Assembly (NCBI RefSeq): GCF_009914755.1
Contig: NC_060931.1
Origin: the human T2T-CHM13v2.0 reference genome, Homo sapiens
Reading direction: 5' to 3' (one strand)
Length of the DNA stretch: 64,000 bases
The number at the start of each line of letters is the position of its first letter. Position 1 is the first letter of the stretch. The notes beneath the pieces are model-generated. The model was not told the origin of the DNA, made no database searches, and saw only the letters and a program-made list of their open reading frames with translations. Below are positions 13,118 through 26,365 of this stretch, piece by piece. The position numbers and the translations under genes were made by a program.

Positions 13118-14908
13118 ACCATTAAATACCATTAGTTTCCATGCTTATATAATGTATAGATTGAAAGGGTCACATCAATATCATGTTGTTTTGGGGATTT
13201 TCTCTACTTTTTTGGAGCAATAGGTTGAAATATGCCAAAGTTTAAAATGATTAAGCAACTATTTTATTTGGGAAATATGAACTATTAGGTTGTTATGTGA
13301 AATACAAAGGAATGTATCTCTTATGTATATGCATAGTTTATTTTTCTTGCTATATTGTACTTACATATGTTAAATACTGCATTGGAGAAAATTCATGCAC
13401 ATGTTTAAATAAAGTAATTCAATACAATAGTCTCAGAAATAGGTATTAATATAGACATTTAATCTTTCAAAATTTATCAATCTTGAACTGTGGATAAGTT
13501 AATCATTTGCAGCTGTCACAGGTTGACTTCCACTTCCACTTCAATAGCTACTGTAGTTAAGTTCAACATATGGACTCATAACTTAAAGAATGTTCTTACA
13601 TAAAGGGTGTTTATGATAAAAAAATTAATGCCAAACAGATCAGGCATAAGCTCCAGCACTTGCAGAATTCATTCCTCTAGTTTCACAATTTTTAAGTGTT
13701 ATGATATCATTCAGATTAGTGTTTTAAAGTTATCATTTTTCACTCTTGCAGAAAGAATACCTGTATAATAGGTCTTTCATAAAGTTTGCACTTCTTTCAC
13801 ATAGTCTATTTTTCTGTGTGTGCCACCAGAATCACTCAAGAAAACTTAAACCTTATTCTCTTACATATGCAATAGGACCTGTTGTTGGGTTGTGCTCCTT
13901 GGTAAAACACACGATTTCTAGTTTATCTGTTTACTTTATATTTTATATATTAAGGTTTATTTATGGCACATTTTATTTTATTCAATTAGCAGAAGACTAT
14001 TTCACACACAGTTCACTTCACTTTTAATCACCTATATTTAGGATTGATTTGTATGGAAACTAATTTTCTGAAACAGAGCAATTATGATTAAGAGTCTCAT
14101 GCCAGTTACTGATGCTAGTTATTAGTGCTATGATTTAATGTATTTTATTTATATTGTCATTTAAAAATATTGCAGTCATGCAGGCAAATTGTTGATTATT
14201 TGTCAAATAAGCACCTAAATGTAATCTTGGGCAGATGTAACATATGCAAAGACATCAAATGATCTCTAAAATAAATCCAAATCCCTTCTATTAAGATACA
14301 GCTGTCCTAATGATTTTTGAATTCCCTTTCCTAGAATGCTGTAATTGAGATGAAAACTGACATAATTTTAACATGTTCCAATTCTAAAATACAAGTTTCC
14401 CATTAAATGCAATAATCACTCAGAAATCTAACTAATTAATTCCATCCACTTTGGAACAAAGTTTCAGGTTTTTTTTCCTTAAAAAGTCTTATGTAGTACT
14501 TTGAATACTATGATGTTAAAATGTTAAAATATCTTTAAATTCCTCCATCTTTACATTTGTGAAAAGACGCAAAATATTGAAACAAATAGTAGGTTGCATA
14601 TTCAGCTTTGACTTTATTAATTTGTGATCCAGAATTGTGTAGTTTAATTTGTAAATCTTTATAGGGGAAAATGGGAAACCCAGACTGTTCCTGGCACTGA
14701 TTGAAGTGGAGATCTTTCTAGTCTCTAAAGAACATATAAAATTACCTTTGGTGTTTTGATCTCAAACACAAAATAGTATTGTACATAATAATTGTGTTGA
14801 TTCATTTCTTATTTGGGGCTTATTACATGTGCTTTGAGAAAGTATGTTGTTGACAATGTTTTACACTTATTTACTATAGTGTAAAAAAATTGGTGGGCTT
14901 TAGATTAG

Positions 14909-15366
<458 letters not shown>

Positions 15367-15556
15367 GAAGCTGATTCTTTTTTAGCATTGCTCTCTAACT
15401 TATACAGGCCTTGGTATAAAAAGGTAGAGCTGCCAAATCCTTGATCCTCTTATGCTTGCCTACATCAGACTCCATCATCACCAAATTAATATGAAATCCC
15501 TAGTAATAACATTCATCTTACATATTTTTTCTATATGGTAAAATACATAGGAAATT

Positions 15557-16003
15557 ATATTCATTTTCTAGTGATAGCATAACAAATTTTTATAAACTGT
15601 GTGGTTTAGAACAACTGAAATGTATTCCCTCAAAGTTCAGGAGGCCAGAAGCCCCAAATTAAGATGTCAGCAAGGTTGATTCTTTCTGGAGGCTCCAAGG
15701 TAGAAACTGTGCAGTGCCACTCTCTTAGCTTCTGGTGGTCATCAGCACTTAGCGTAGCTTGGCTTGTGGACTCATCTCTGTCTCAATATTCACATCACGT
15801 TCTTCTCTGTGTCCTTGTGTGCCCCTTTTTGTCTCTTGCAAAGACACTCTCATTGGAGTTAGGGTGTATCTTAATCTAGTATGCTCTCATTTGCATCCTT
15901 ACCTTAATTATATCAGCAAAAATCCTATTTTCAAATAAGATCACATTCAGAAGTCCTGGGTGGATATACATTTATGGGAGGAACACTATTCATTCCCACT
16001 ACA
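15557..16003 (-). mobile_element. MLT1 (B/C-like) solo LTR
   Basis: acaactgaaatgtatt...ggaggccagaag...aagatgtcagcaagg...aataagatcacattc...cactattcattcccactaca. Confidence 0.8.
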
Positions 16004-16107
16004 GGTATGGAAAAATACGTTGTCCTTGGTAAACACTATTGGGAAATAAGACCCTCTATTTCTAGGTGTCAAGAATATCTAAAACTTTAACTTTTACTAT
16101 GGATCAA

Positions 16108-16315
16108 GCATTACCCATTAATGTATTAACTCATTTGATACTCAGAAAACTCCATGAATTAAGTACTGTCTGTTGCCATCTCCAACTTACAGATGGAAAA
16201 ACTGAAGCACAGAAGGGTTGAAAATGTTTTGACAGTTATTATAGCTGTTAAATGGCTGAGCTACATTTAAATCCAAATATTCTAACACAGAGCTCATGCT
16301 CTTAACCACTATCAT
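16108..16315 (-). mobile_element. MIR
   Basis: Core ttacagatggaaaaactgaagcacaga...catgctcttaaccact. Confidence 0.75.
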
Positions 16316-19209
16316 ATTCCCAATAAGGAAACAGGACGGGGAAGAAAGGAAAAGCAAACAAACCAACGGTTTGAAGGACTAATATGCCTAAGTGCATGTG
16401 TTAGGTAATCTAACTTTAATGATAGACCACTTTAGTAGGTCTTATCAGTATTCCTTATTTTCCCGAATTAAAAAATGACGGTAAAGGAATAGGAATTTTC
16501 TCAAGGTTCCATAGCTGGTAACATCCAAGTCCTGTTGTGGCTGCTTTCAAAGCTCACTCTGATTCATCATATGTTATTTTCCTTGTTCCAGGAATGATGG
16601 GTTTTAACAACCTTCTCAGAATTTATATGTATATTTCTAGATCAATTAATTTCCCAATTCTCAATGGTGATTTGCTGTGGAATTATTAAAAGTATAAACG
16701 TTATTTCCCTTCAAATTTATAAATGATTTAAACATTTTAAAAAATGTATCTGGTCATTAAATATCTTACAGAAAATATTATAATGTAATACCACTACTCA
16801 TAAGTGAGAAATAATATTTTCAAAGATTGTAGAAAAATATAAAATTAATAGAGTTAAATGGATTTGGAAAAAATAAATATGTTTCAAATTGGATTATTAT
16901 GTTACTGTAGCTTTCAAGTATTTAAAATATTTCTAAGGCAAGAAGATATGCATGCTTCAATTATAAGATTTAAAAGTAATGATTTAATTTTGCAGCAGTG
17001 TAAAAATGAACATACATTTGGGCCAATTTCTAGTCTCATTCCCGTGAACTTAAAATTGGAAATAAGTGCTCACAGATATTTCCAGATTGACTGTTTTAGA
17101 AACCACATGGAAGTTCTGGAAGGTGAAAAATCTGACTTTTTATAATGAGATTTCATCAGGGAACACTGACAAATAAAAAATATTCAGCAATATTTTTCTT
17201 GTAATCTTGTGTACCTCATAATTTATAAGAAAAAAGCTCTATTTTTAAAATTAGTCTGACAAGTTTTTTTCTTACCATGTATTTTATATATAACTGGTGT
17301 CATTAACACACAGCATATTATGCTATGTTTGCATTCTTGGCATTAAAAGACTTTTTATATACTTTGTAGAGAATGATGTGTTAATAGAAGTGGTGCAATT
17401 AATTTGAAGAAATAGCCATTAATTTTGGCTGGAAAACTTTTAAAGACTCATGCCAATCACTATAAAATGAAATAAATAAAAATATCAATTGTATTGAAGT
17501 TGCAAGAAAGCAAAGCAGAATGGTATATTTATAGTCTCTAGTTTGGACATTTGTAAAATAGTGCAAGTTTCTGTCATATTCTCTTGAACAAAAAAATAGA
17601 CTTTGTCATTTATTCAATTTAGGATTCAAATGAATTGCTAAAGGTACACACCCTATTGTAGTCATTTATGGTAATATTAGAACCACTGAAAGGCTTTAGG
17701 AGAAATTTCTATATACATCATAATTTATTCACTGAAAAGACCCTGATACAATTACAATTCTTCTTCGTCTCAGGTAATTTAAACCGTCATTTACCATTTC
17801 CGAGGGAGAACATTAACACTCTTCAGTAGGAACTAGCGACAAATATGTAATGGGAAATATACATGGAAAATTTTTCTCAGTGTCATATCAAATAATCATT
17901 TATTAATTACTTCAGAATATTTACACCTACTTGTGACAGGTTTTTGCCAGGCAATGGAGGCTCATTGTTTAGTGGAAAAAAGGCACAGTTCCTGCCTGAC
18001 AGCAGGCATATGGTCACGCAAGGTTGAAAACACGTGGGAGTAGTATTCAAACATTTTTGTTGCCCAAGGATAGCATAAACAAGAAGAGCTAAATAAATAA
18101 TTCATGGATATGCCAAAGAAAGTCCTTTGGCATTTGACTTAGTATGTTACACATAGGCTGTGGGAATGACTTTTTTTTTCTTTGAGGGTCGAATGAGTGT
18201 GTGCATCATAGATCAAGACTACTGCCTTTTAAAAAATGTGCATGTTAAAATAAATCAATAATTTAGGGTAGAATATTTGCCTTGCATTATTTTTATCTCC
18301 ACAATCTTGCTCACTCTGGGCCTACTGACTGACAACCGTGTGCAGTGTACTGAATATTCCCCCCGATATCCTTCCTTATTAAAAATTCACATCAAAACTT
18401 AAAGAGGCAACTCTAAGTTTTAATCCATCTTAGCATCTATCGCAATTCATCTCATGCCTGCATTTCCATAGCAATCATTTCCTGTACCAATCTTTTGGTT
18501 CAAGAGAGGGACTTGCAGTGATGCCTACTATCGGCTCTCTGGAGACAAATTGCTTGGAACAAAAGCTGAGTCTTATTTTGCTAAGTTACCTTAAGCAAAT
18601 GAGATAGATCTTGGTTTCTGGGAAGAGTAGGTAAGATAAATATTCAGCTCAATGCCTAGAACATTAAAGTGTTTAGTAAGCAGCATTTTCTCCTACATTT
18701 TATTGCCTATTTTTCTTTCCCTTTTAAATTACATTGTTTCTATATTTACCCAAGAATTCCGAGAAAATTATTTTAAAAAGCCAATAGTGTTAAAAAATTT
18801 ATGATAACAACCAGAATAAAACTAGTTCTTTTCTGCCCTCTTTCCAACTCACCTACCTCATTCCTCTCACCATTCAGATCACCATTGTGATCTTTGTGAT
18901 CTATGGCACATATTTGAAAAATTTGGCCAATACAACAGTGAAATATTTGTCCACAAAACAATGCAGGAATCTCTCATGAATACAAACTGAATCACAAAAT
19001 ATAGTCAATATATAACAATATATAATATTTGTAGTGAAATAAAACCAAAATATAAGATAATAAAATCAATAGGTGAAGTTAAACCTTTTAAATAACTCTT
19101 ACCATAGTATCAAAGATACTATGTAAAGTTCCTACTAATAAAAACAGTTTCTCACTTTCCTAAAAAAAAATTAATCATGTTAGAGTTTAAAAATTTGATT
19201 GGAATTTTT

Positions 19210-19450
19210 ATGAAGGAGCTCTGGAGCTGACGAAGCCCATCAGAGTTGTTCCAAGTTGGGCTAAGTTTGTGAGTTTTTTTCTACGCCCATATATGGGATG
19301 ATTGATATACCCCATATCAATCAGTCATTGGATATAGGCAGCTGTGGAAGGAACATAACCTTGGGTGAGGTGGTTTTCTGCCGCTAAGGCAATGCTGAAG
19401 GACCTGAGAGCTGCACTCAGTCCCCTGACACCACTCTGCATCTCTGACAG
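19210..19450. mobile_element. LTR16-like (ERVL) fragment
   Basis: ggagctctggagctg...cagagttgttcc...cagtcattggat...taaccttgggtgagg. Confidence 0.55.
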
Positions 19451-20199
19451 GTCCCTCTTTGAAAAGAGATATAAGCAAAGCTTCTCTTTGTCTATTGGTG
19501 TAACTTATGTAATCTTTAAAAAACATTATATTGGTTCAAGAAACACTTTCAGACAATGAGAAATACCTTGGCAAGATCAATCGAACATTTAAGAAGAAAT
19601 TATTGACAGAAAAGTTAATGGATTTTATTTTATGGAAATGTGCTTGTTATTTTTGAGGTCATAATTTGATTTGGGATGCAGATCTTAAAATGAATGACTG
19701 TGTTCTACATTATGGCTAGAAATAAATACACCATGGAAGCCTAGTGATTTGGATTTTTAAACAAATTTAAGAAATTTGTACAATAAAAAATGAGATTGAG
19801 TGTTTGTCTTTACTTCAAGGAATGAATTTTAATTCTAGTTTTTGTTAAATGGTCACTCAAGATTTATAGTTCAACAATTCTTCCACAAGGCCGCCAAAGG
19901 CTATTTTGGAGTTCTGTTTCTGCTATTTTCCAAAGGATATTGGAAGGCTTATAGCTACAATAAACTGTATTTTTTTTTTGGTTCAGTGAATTTGAGACCC
20001 ATTAATCATATGATTTTAGAACCAGAATTGAGAATTAAAGAACCTGAAATGAAGTTTGCAAAATGGTGGTCCACAAGCAAAAGCTCTCTGCTGACAGGTT
20101 TTGTTTTTCCCACTTGTATTCACATACGTTATAAATTACTTGCTATTAAGTTGAATTAGTTGCTTTTCTCTTCTCCACTCTGGGAAAGAATTATATTTT

Positions 20200-20480
20200 C
20201 CCAACCAAGACATTAGTATTGGCCATATGACTGTTTTGTCATGTGAAGTGTTATTGACATATCTTGGTTTTAACAACCACTGGATTCTTTGCCACATTCT
20301 CTTTTCTCTGATGCAACTCAATCAGCCTGGAGTGATTATGACATGGAGCACACAAGCAGCAGAGCTGCAGGTAACCTGTGATGGCCATGTAGGATGGACA
20401 AGAAATACATTTTGTTGCTGTAAGCCATTACAATTTTCAAATTGTTTGTTACTACAGCATTATCTCATCTATTCATATAG
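20200..20480 (+). mobile_element. MLT1 (I/J-like) LTR fragment
   Basis: 3' end: agaaatacattttgttgctgtaagccatta...ttgtttgttactacagcat. Confidence 0.55.
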
Positions 20481-20759
20481 ATTTGCCAACATTTAAAACA
20501 TGAGAACTATAGCTTCTGGTCTAATTAGAATATCTGATTATTTCACTATTGGATAGTGGTTACTTCTTCAAGTAAGCAGTGTATTCTCCAGTTTGCCACG
20601 GTGCCCACATAGCTTTTAGCTACATATCTGTAACCTATAGAAAATCGTATTTGCAGCTCTGACCTAAGACTTCCCTTGTCAATTGAACTATATAAATGTG
20701 AATTTAATCTGTATGTGTGCATACAAACACACATATACACATACACTTACAGTCATCAC

Positions 20760-21685
20760 AATATTACTTGAAACTAGAAAATTTCTATTAACATTAGAAA
20801 TAAAAAATCATGTCTATTACCATTACTATTTAACATTTTATTGGAAATATTAGCCAATTCACAAAAGAAATAAAAGGATTTTGAGTCAAAATTATTAAGG
20901 TTTACAGGAATGCAACTGTCTGCAAATAAGTTCCAAAAGATTTAGTTATATAACTATTAAAACTGGTATGAGATAACTAATGTCTTATAGAAAGAAATAT
21001 ACCAAAACCCATAGTTTTCCAATCTATTCACATAAATAGTAAGACAATATAATAAAAAATAAATTTACGAGAGAAAATATTATGGAGTTCCTTGAATAAA
21101 AATTAAAAGACATTCTTATCAACTAGTTTACATATTTAGTACAACTTTAACCTAAATTCAAATATTATTTTAGAAAATATGATAAAATTATTCTAAAATT
21201 CTGCTGGCATACTACTGAGACAATAAAAAGGCAGTAACAGCCAGGAAAATTATGGAGAAATAAAAAACAATGCCATTATAATATATCAAAAAGTTAAAAT
21301 AATCAAAATAAGTGTGGTAATATATTAAAAGACAGAGAAAGCAGTGAAACAAAAAAGGGAGACTCCTGAAAGTGACAGAATTTAGTATGTGTTGCAGATG
21401 GGAATTTTTAGAAAATGGGTGAAATTAGTAAGTGTAGTATGATTTTATAAATCTGTAGTTACCTGAGGAAGAAACCATAAAGGTTAGACTGAAATACATA
21501 AAGTAAGAAAAATATAAAATTATCAAAATTCTGTGACAAAAACATCATAAACACAATTAAAAGAAAAATAGTAATCTGAAAAAAATGTTTACATAAAAAG
21601 TATTCATATTTTCAAAGTAAATAAAGTTCTTATAAATCTATTTTAAAATGCACACTCCAAAAGAAAAAGAGACAACACGAATAAT
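20760..21685 (+). mobile_element. Ancient L1M ORF2 remnant
   Basis: A-rich; cattactatttaacattttattggaaatattagccaat...gataaaattattctaaaattc. Confidence 0.55.
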
Positions 21686-22065
21686 TGCAGTAGTCAAGAA
21701 TCTTTCTGCATTGACATCAAAAAACCCAATACAAATTAGCTTGAATAGAAAGGGGGCGTATTTGTTCATTTAACTGGAAAACCTATGTATAGCTGGATTC
21801 AACTGTTTAAGCTATGATATCTGAACTTTTTCTCCATCCCTTAGTTCTGTTTTCCTATATGTTGGCTTCATCTTCAGACAAGGTCATTTGCCATGGTGGC
21901 AAAGAGACTTCTGGCAGTATCAGGGGTACATCCCCCCACCTTTTTTAAAGCTATTCCAAAAGTAAAAGGGCTTTCCATCAGCAAAATATAAAATAAGCTG
22001 TAATTTGCTCTGATTGGGCCATGTGCCAATTGTGGACTAATTACAGAAGTAGAAAATGAGTTCTC

Positions 22066-22267
22066 CGGACACAGGGAGGGGAGCAACACACACCGGGGCC
22101 TGTCAGGGAACAGGGGGCAAGGGAAGGGAGAACATTAGGACAAATATTAATGCATGAGGGGCTTAAAAACTAGATGGCAGGTTGATAGGTACAGCAAACC
22201 ACCATGGCACATGTATACCTATGTAACAAACCTGCACATTCTGCACATGTATTCTGGAACTTAAAAA
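22066..22267 (+). mobile_element. L1PA (about PA7/8) 5'-truncated 3'UTR
   Basis: ggacacagggagggg...cagcaaaccaccatggcacatgtatacctatgtaac; 13-bp TSD aaaatgagttctc (22053-22065/22268-22280). Confidence 0.92.
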
Positions 22268-22380
22268 AAAATGAGTTCTCTGATTCATCAAGCATTGGTA
22301 ACATGAATCCTTGTATATGGCATCAGTTCACCCAAGCCAAGTGGCCTGAATGAGCCAGGAAGTCTGACTTATCAAAGAAA

Positions 22381-22889
22381 ATACCCAAAGGATTGTAAAT
22401 CATGCTTACTATAAAGACATATGCACATGTATGTTTATTGCCGCACTATTCACAATAGCAAAGACATGGAACCAACCCAAATGTTCATCAATGATAGACC
22501 CGATTAAGAAAATGTGGCACATATACACCATGGAATACTATATAGCCATAAAAAAGGATGAGTTCATGTCCTTTGCAGGGACATGGATGAAGCTGGAAAC
22601 CATCATTCTAAGCAAACTATCACAAGGACAGAAAACCAAATACCGCATGTTCTCACTCATAGGTGAGAATTGAACAAAGAGAATAGTTGGACACAGGGCG
22701 GGGAACATCACAGCGGGGCCTGTTGGGGGGTGGGGGGCTGGGGAAAGGATAGCATTAGGAGAAATATCTAATGTAAATGACGAGTTGATGGGTGCAGCAA
22801 ACCATCATGGCTCATGCGTACTTACGTAACAAACCTGCACATTGTGCACGTTTTGCAAATGTACCCTAGAACTTATAATATTAAAAAAA
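22381..22889 (+). mobile_element. L1PA (about PA5/6), 5'-truncated, ORF2 C-terminus plus 3'UTR
   Basis: ORF 22431-22673 MFIAALFTIAKTWNQPKC...RMFSLIG is the L1 ORF2p C-terminus; G-rich 3'UTR tract; A7 remnant. Confidence 0.95.
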
Positions 22890-23350
22890 TGTTATCTAGT
22901 TCATTCTCCTAACCAATGGGGAACAATGGAATATTTCTAATTCAGTGCATCTATCTACAGTGCCTCTTTCTAATTATTAGAGAGTTCTACATTATTTTTA
23001 GTTAATTTATTTTCTATTAATGTTTTCTCACTTGTCAAAGCTTTGCTGTCTGCAACAACATAGCTTAAGTATCCTTCACTCTGCAGAACCTTAAAATATT
23101 GAATAAAACAATTATTTCTCCAAAAAAAATACAAGTTCTGTTGCCAGGAAAGTGAAGGCTAGGCCAGATGACAAAGAACGAGTCCAAGTATGAAAATGGA
23201 CAAGCATGACAATTTAGTTGAATTTTTTTTCATTTTGATCTATAGTAGAAATAGAAAAAAACTCGATTAAAAATCTGTATTAAAAATAATAAAAGAAGCT
23301 CTTTAATGCCCCTGTAGTTCCTTGCTGAAGCATACTTGAAGTTTTGTATA

Positions 23351-23684
23351 CAGATGCTCCTAGGCTTATGATGAGATTATGTCACAACAAACCCACACTA
23401 AGTGAAAGATACAGTAAGTCAAAAATGCATGTAGTACACCTATCTACTGAACATCATAGCTAGCCTAACCTACCTTAAACACTCATACTATGCTACAGTT
23501 GGGTAAAATCATCTGGCAACACAGTATACTCTCCAGAGTATACAGTGTACTCTCCAAATCACTTGGCTGACTGGCCCAGCATCACCAGAAAGCATACTAC
23601 TGCTTTCTGCTGATAGCTATTGCCTTCACATCATGGTAGTTTGAAAATCATTAAGTAGTACCATTGTAAGTCAGCGACCGTTTG
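23351..23684 (+). mobile_element. MER47/Tigger5-type MITE
   Basis: ta|cagatgctcc...aacatcatagctagcctaacctaccttaaac...ccattgtaagtcagcgaccgtttg|ta; TA TSD. Confidence 0.8.
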
Positions 23685-24334
23685 TATAATGCTTCATGTG
23701 TGGTGATCTGCCAGTCAGAAGGAGTGAATTTCAGGTCCATTGCCAAATGTATACTATTAGCCTGGTGAAGGAAACACATGAACATCTGATTCTAACTGCT
23801 AGTGTATAAGGGAATTCTTGCTGCCTTACAATTGCATACTCTGTGTTCTATTTCTTATTGTGTCCCTAGACTATTCTAAAGATGGACTGGAGCTGGGCAT
23901 TAAATGCATGTTATTTAATGTATAGCAAGAGAGAGAAGTAATGAAGAAAAAAACTATAAATAGATGAAAGATGGTCACATGAAACAGTAATAAAATAATT
24001 GTGAATTAATGATATGCTGTAGTATTTTTCACTTATCAGGTTGCAATGGTTTTAAAATGTATGCTGTTCTAATTGGGTGAGAGTATAGAGAAATAATCTC
24101 CCATGTACTGTTCAAGATATTTTAAGCTGGTGGTATTTCTACAAGGCAATTAGCCATGAATTTATCAAAGTTTTAAAAGTAGTTTTTCCTCAAAATATTA
24201 ATATTTATTTCACTAAAATATTACTGTTTACTCTTGGAAAATGTATATTTATAGAAATGTATGTATATAAATATGTAAATGTTTTAAATGTAAAATGTTT
24301 CAGTAATTATTAATTGATGGGAAAAATTAAAAAT

Positions 24335-24388
24335 TATATATATTATATATATATATACACACACACATGCATATATATATGCATATAA
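24335..24388. repeat. (TA)n/(CA)n microsatellite
   Basis: tatatatattatatatatatatacacacacacatgcatatatatatgcata. Confidence 0.9.
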
Positions 24389-26114
24389 CATTTGGTTAAT
24401 CTACATTACATTTCCATGACAGAAATGCTACTATTTTCTTAAGTTTGAATCTGAGCATTGCAAATTTTGATTGTAGATATTTAGAGGTCATTTAGGAGAA
24501 AGAGTACTTACCTCTAATTTTACTTGGACTTTTCCAAAAATATTTTCTAAAAGGGATTGGATTTTTTTTTACTCATAAAATGCATATGTCATTAGTCAAT
24601 TACCCTCAACATACTTTGAGAAGGGCTACATTGTCAAAATTTTAAAGATGTACACTAAAAGGAGTGTATTGTTAGTAGACTTCACATTTTGAAAAAAAGA
24701 GCATCTGGGTAATATAACATGGCCTCGTTTATAAATTTATGAGGTGATATTGGAAATATAATTCATGTTCTGAAACCTAAAATACTAAAATCACATAGAT
24801 TTTAATGAAACACATGTATTATGTAATACAGTCCATGTATATTATTTGGTACCCACATAGTAAGCCTCATATCACTGCTTTTTTCCCCCATATTGAAATA
24901 GGCAAATGTAAATTACATTAACAGCTATTATGGAAATACTAACAAACCCAAAGCATTACATAAACACTATGCTAACAGTTTATTTTGCATAAAAATTTTG
25001 ACAACTAAATGCAGATGACAGCTTAACTTCAGGATAATCAATGAACTGAGACAAATCAGAAACCAAAAAATTAACAGATGCACAAAAAATATTCTTTTAG
25101 CAGATATTTAAAACTAAAAAGTTGTAAATTTGAGATGAACATTTTCTTTAAAATTAAAGTAAACTCTATATTGGTTTCTATCAAGTGAAGTTTTCCCATT
25201 ATTTTTTCCAAAACGGAGTGAGGCTTAGAATCTTATGAATCTACATTACATTTTTTTTTTTTATTTTCCTGAAACCTAAAAAGAAAAAAAAATGCCTTTT
25301 GTTTCTAGAAGGCTGGGGCATCTTCATATCAATTTTAGTCTAAATTACTTAAGAAATAATCATTTTTTTTCCAGTCCAGGTTTTGGAGACCAGATTATCA
25401 TTAACCTGGGATAAATGAAGTTTTGGGAATTTTCCTCACTGCACAATTACTGAAATTTTGATCTTCAGATTTAGTTATGATTGTAGGATATGCTGTTATT
25501 CCCTGAACAGTCAGGTGGAAATTGTTGGGCTGGGTTATTTTTCTAGATGCTGCTTCTAAGCGTTAGTCTGCTTCACCTGGTTAATGACCCCGGCATTAAC
25601 ATAAAATGTTTCCCAATACCACTGCCCATGCTGAGCAAACATGCTTCCCCACCTATTGCTCTCTTGGATCAAAAGCCTATATTTCATTCATTGTTCATTA
25701 TTCTCTCACATAGTTATGTCTTATTTCAGAGGGTCAGTTGAAGTCCTTTCATTATGGGCCAAATTGTTTCTTTAAAAAATTTTTTGGAAGCCATTGGAAT
25801 TAGCATGTAATCCAGTTTTGAATGAAAAACTGAAATAACATCTAAGTTCCAGTTTCTAATTCAGGTCCACGTGAGACGCCTACTTAAAAAATTATCCTCA
25901 TTTTTAAAGGTATTATACAAAGTAGTTACAGTGAAGTCCTTGACCGAGAAGCCTCCCACGTAGAACAGTGATTTTTAACCACTATTATTGCTTCTATGCT
26001 CTTTCTAAGTATAACAGATACTCCTCCTTCTTGATGTTTCCATGTCCTCTAGGGAAGGGCATCTTGGAAATGCCAGGATTACTAGGAAACTGGAGTAGGG
26101 CGTATCCGGTCATC

Positions 26115-26365
26115 TAATAATGGTGATATTTATGAAATACTCCTTATTCCCTGGCACTTTGTTAAGCACTTTACATAAACATTGTGTCTTTTAATAAATA
26201 CAATGCACAAAACAATCTCTTAATGTGAGCACTAATATGAAATCAATTTTTCTAGGAAACTCAGTCTTAGCAAAATTAATTCACCCATGTTGAAAATTAG
26301 TGCCTGGTTGGATCATAATTCATGCTCACAACTGTCTCCAGAGCCACTCCTCTTATCCACTATAT
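26115..26365 (-). mobile_element. MIR
   Basis: ctggcactttgttaagcactttacata...ggaaactcagtcttag...cagagccactcctcttatccactat. Confidence 0.6.

Larger units (their letters stand above)
21686..23180 (-). mobile_element. MLT1 (K/L-like) LTR split by two L1PA insertions
   Basis: aaaaacccaatacaaattagcttg...tctgattgggccatgtgcc...; appears to resume at 23133 aagttctgttgccagg. Confidence 0.55.

Noticed and set aside
22431-22673. Open L1 ORF2p C-terminal frame (similar pieces at 59.1, 61.0-61.8 and 62.7-62.9 kb)
   Set aside because: 5'-truncated retrotransposon remnants with no promoter, endonuclease or RT; not functional CDS.
24398-25253. Exact 16-mer aatctacattacattt repeated 840 bp apart
   Set aside because: No flanking similarity; plausible by chance in AT-rich DNA.
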